A stretch of 64,000 bases of DNA from the NCBI RefSeq assembly GCF_902713615.1, contig NC_052161.1:39011908-39075907 (forward strand). Reading direction: 5' to 3'. The stretch comes from Scyliorhinus canicula. Lineage: Eukaryota. How positions within the stretch are numbered: position 1 is the first letter of the stretch; every line of letters starts with the position of its first letter. Of this stretch, positions 62,028 to 64,000 are shown piece by piece. Both the position numbers and the translations under genes were made by a program. The notes below the pieces were generated by a model, which saw nothing but the letters and a program-made list of their open reading frames with translations, did no database searches and was not told where the DNA came from.

Positions 62028-64000
62028 GCGTGTCTGCATTGGTCTCACCACCACAACCCAAAGATGTGTAGGGTAGGTGGATTGGCCAAGCTAACTTGCC
62101 CCTTCATTGGAAACAATGTGAAAAAAGGTATTTAAAGGCCGGTATTCTCCGACTGTTGCGATTCACTTTTCCTGCTGGCAACACCCCCCCACTTGTGGGT
62201 GTCTTGGTGGTGAGGGGTGGCTTCAGTGGAAATTCACATTGACAAGTGGTGGGAAAATAGAAGTCCACCCTCAGCGAATGGCGCACCGCCGAGAAACAGA
62301 TGGCTGGGGAACCGGAGAATCCAGTTTCTATACTCAGAGAGAATCAGTTAAAGAGGGAGTTCCCCCAGTGGTTTGGTGGATAAATGACCAATACATATGA
62401 TGCTAAGCCATAATGAAGATCCAGGTTCAGGCTCTGTCTGTTCTGAGTTAACTGACCTCAAGTTGATTGTACTAAAGATACAGTTGACTTTGAGAAAAGG
62501 TGGGGGATGTTTGTGACTGTGTTTGAGGAGCTGTTCTTTGCAGGGGGGTGGGGAGAATGTGAAAAGGGGGAAAGGGTTGTACAGACTGTATAGTTGATGC
62601 TGGGAAGTAAGTTTCCTGGGGTGTTTATGTGTTGTAAACTGTTTTGATACACGTTGGTAATGAAATACATTTAAAAAAAGATACAGTTGACTTAATTATC
62701 CATAGATTGGCTAGGGACAGCAAACAGTATTCTGGGATTCTACTTCTCATTGTTATCTTGTTATTCCTGCTGACAACCTCATATGTGCGGATGTTAGATG
62801 AGGACAGTTAAAATGCCCAAAGGGCAGAATTAGTTCGGGTACGCTCGATGATTCTGCCCAGTTCTAGGTTTAACCCCGGAGGGTTTGCAGGCAAGTGGGG
62901 AATAATGCAAACAGGCAATTAACTGGAATCTGACCCAGCAATCTGGCTTCAAAAGCCCTGCACAGGAGTTTCCCAACCCGTATGCAGTTCGCCAGGTTCA
63001 GCCTAGTGAGATGGAGGACATGGTGACATAATAGTAATGCCACTGGAATAATAATCCAGAGGTCCAAGCCTGCTCTGGGAGGCACGGGTTCATATCCTAT
63101 CACAGCAGCTGATAGAATTTTAATTCAATTAATACATCTAGAATTAATCAGGTTTAATGTGATTCACAGAAGGATTAGAGGATATTTGGAAAAGCTTTTC
63201 CACCCAGAGTGTGGTCGGTGTCTGGAATTTGCTGCCCAGTTTGGTAGTTGAGGCAGAAACCCTTAATTCATGAAAGCTACTTGCATCTACACTTGAAGGT
63301 CTGTAACCTGGAAGGCTACACGCCGTGTGCTGGATCTTGAGTCGAGAATGGGCGGCTAGTTATTTTTCAGCCGGCGCAGATACAATCGGCTGAATGGCAT
63401 CTTTCTGTGCTGTAGCCTTTCTATGGAAAGCTAGTCTCAGTGACGGTTACCATGAAACTATCATCGATTGTTGTAAAAACCCATCTGGTTCATTAATATC
63501 CTTTATGGAAGAAAATCTGTCATCCTTACCCAGTCTGGCCTGCAGTGACTTCAGACCCAGAGCAATGTGGTTGACTCTTAATTGCCCTCTTGTTAGGAAA
63601 CCAAAGGTAGTTTTAAGGGATTTATATTTGTATTGGTAAACATTAGAATTAAGGTATAGTTTTAAGTGGGTTTAATTGAATATGTGCCCGGAAGCGTAAA
63701 ACCTATGGTTGGATTCATGCTGGACAAAGGTATTTGTACATGTGGGGGTTGGTTAAGTTCGAACTGTGATTTTATTGTGCTTTTAGAGGTTTGCCGTGTG
63801 AAGAGTAAATAAAAGCCTCGAGAACAATAAGCCATTGTTTAAAAGCTGGGGACTTGTAAGGTGGAGAAGCTTTTAAGTTTTAGTTTAGCTAATTTGATTG
63901 CATTTGAAGATAGGAGTGAGAGAGAAGGCAGCTCTCACAGCTTTGCGAGAAGCAGTTGGTTTATAAGGTTAGAGAGGGAGCATCTCTCTTAGCTTTGCTA

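Overview
Vertebrate genomic DNA. The tRNA-headed SINEs, CR1/L1/Rex1/Penelope fragments and Harbinger MITEs point to a cartilaginous fish, probably a catshark-like shark (inference). The window holds the conserved (UROS)-BCCIP-DHX32-FANK1 synteny block. BCCIP (+) has 7 exons at 4388-14239 and lies tail-to-tail with DHX32 (-), which has 11 coding exons at 52161-14621. At ~58.0-58.3 kb is a probable DHX32/FANK1 bidirectional promoter with an RFX X-box and a candidate ATG-GAA-G|gtaagt FANK1 first exon. An RPS17 retrocopy lies at 56494-56895. Exon-by-exon reading shows both genes are disrupted as given: BCCIP has a lost exon-2 acceptor and an exon-4 frameshift, and DHX32 has indels and stops in exons 5, 6, 8 and 9. 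The patchy, indel-dominated pattern favours assembly error over true pseudogenisation but needs testing. The rest is minisatellites and nested transposons. I found no convincing wholly new biological system; the findings are ranked candidates. Comparisons with human or other orthologues are from recall, not from a search.
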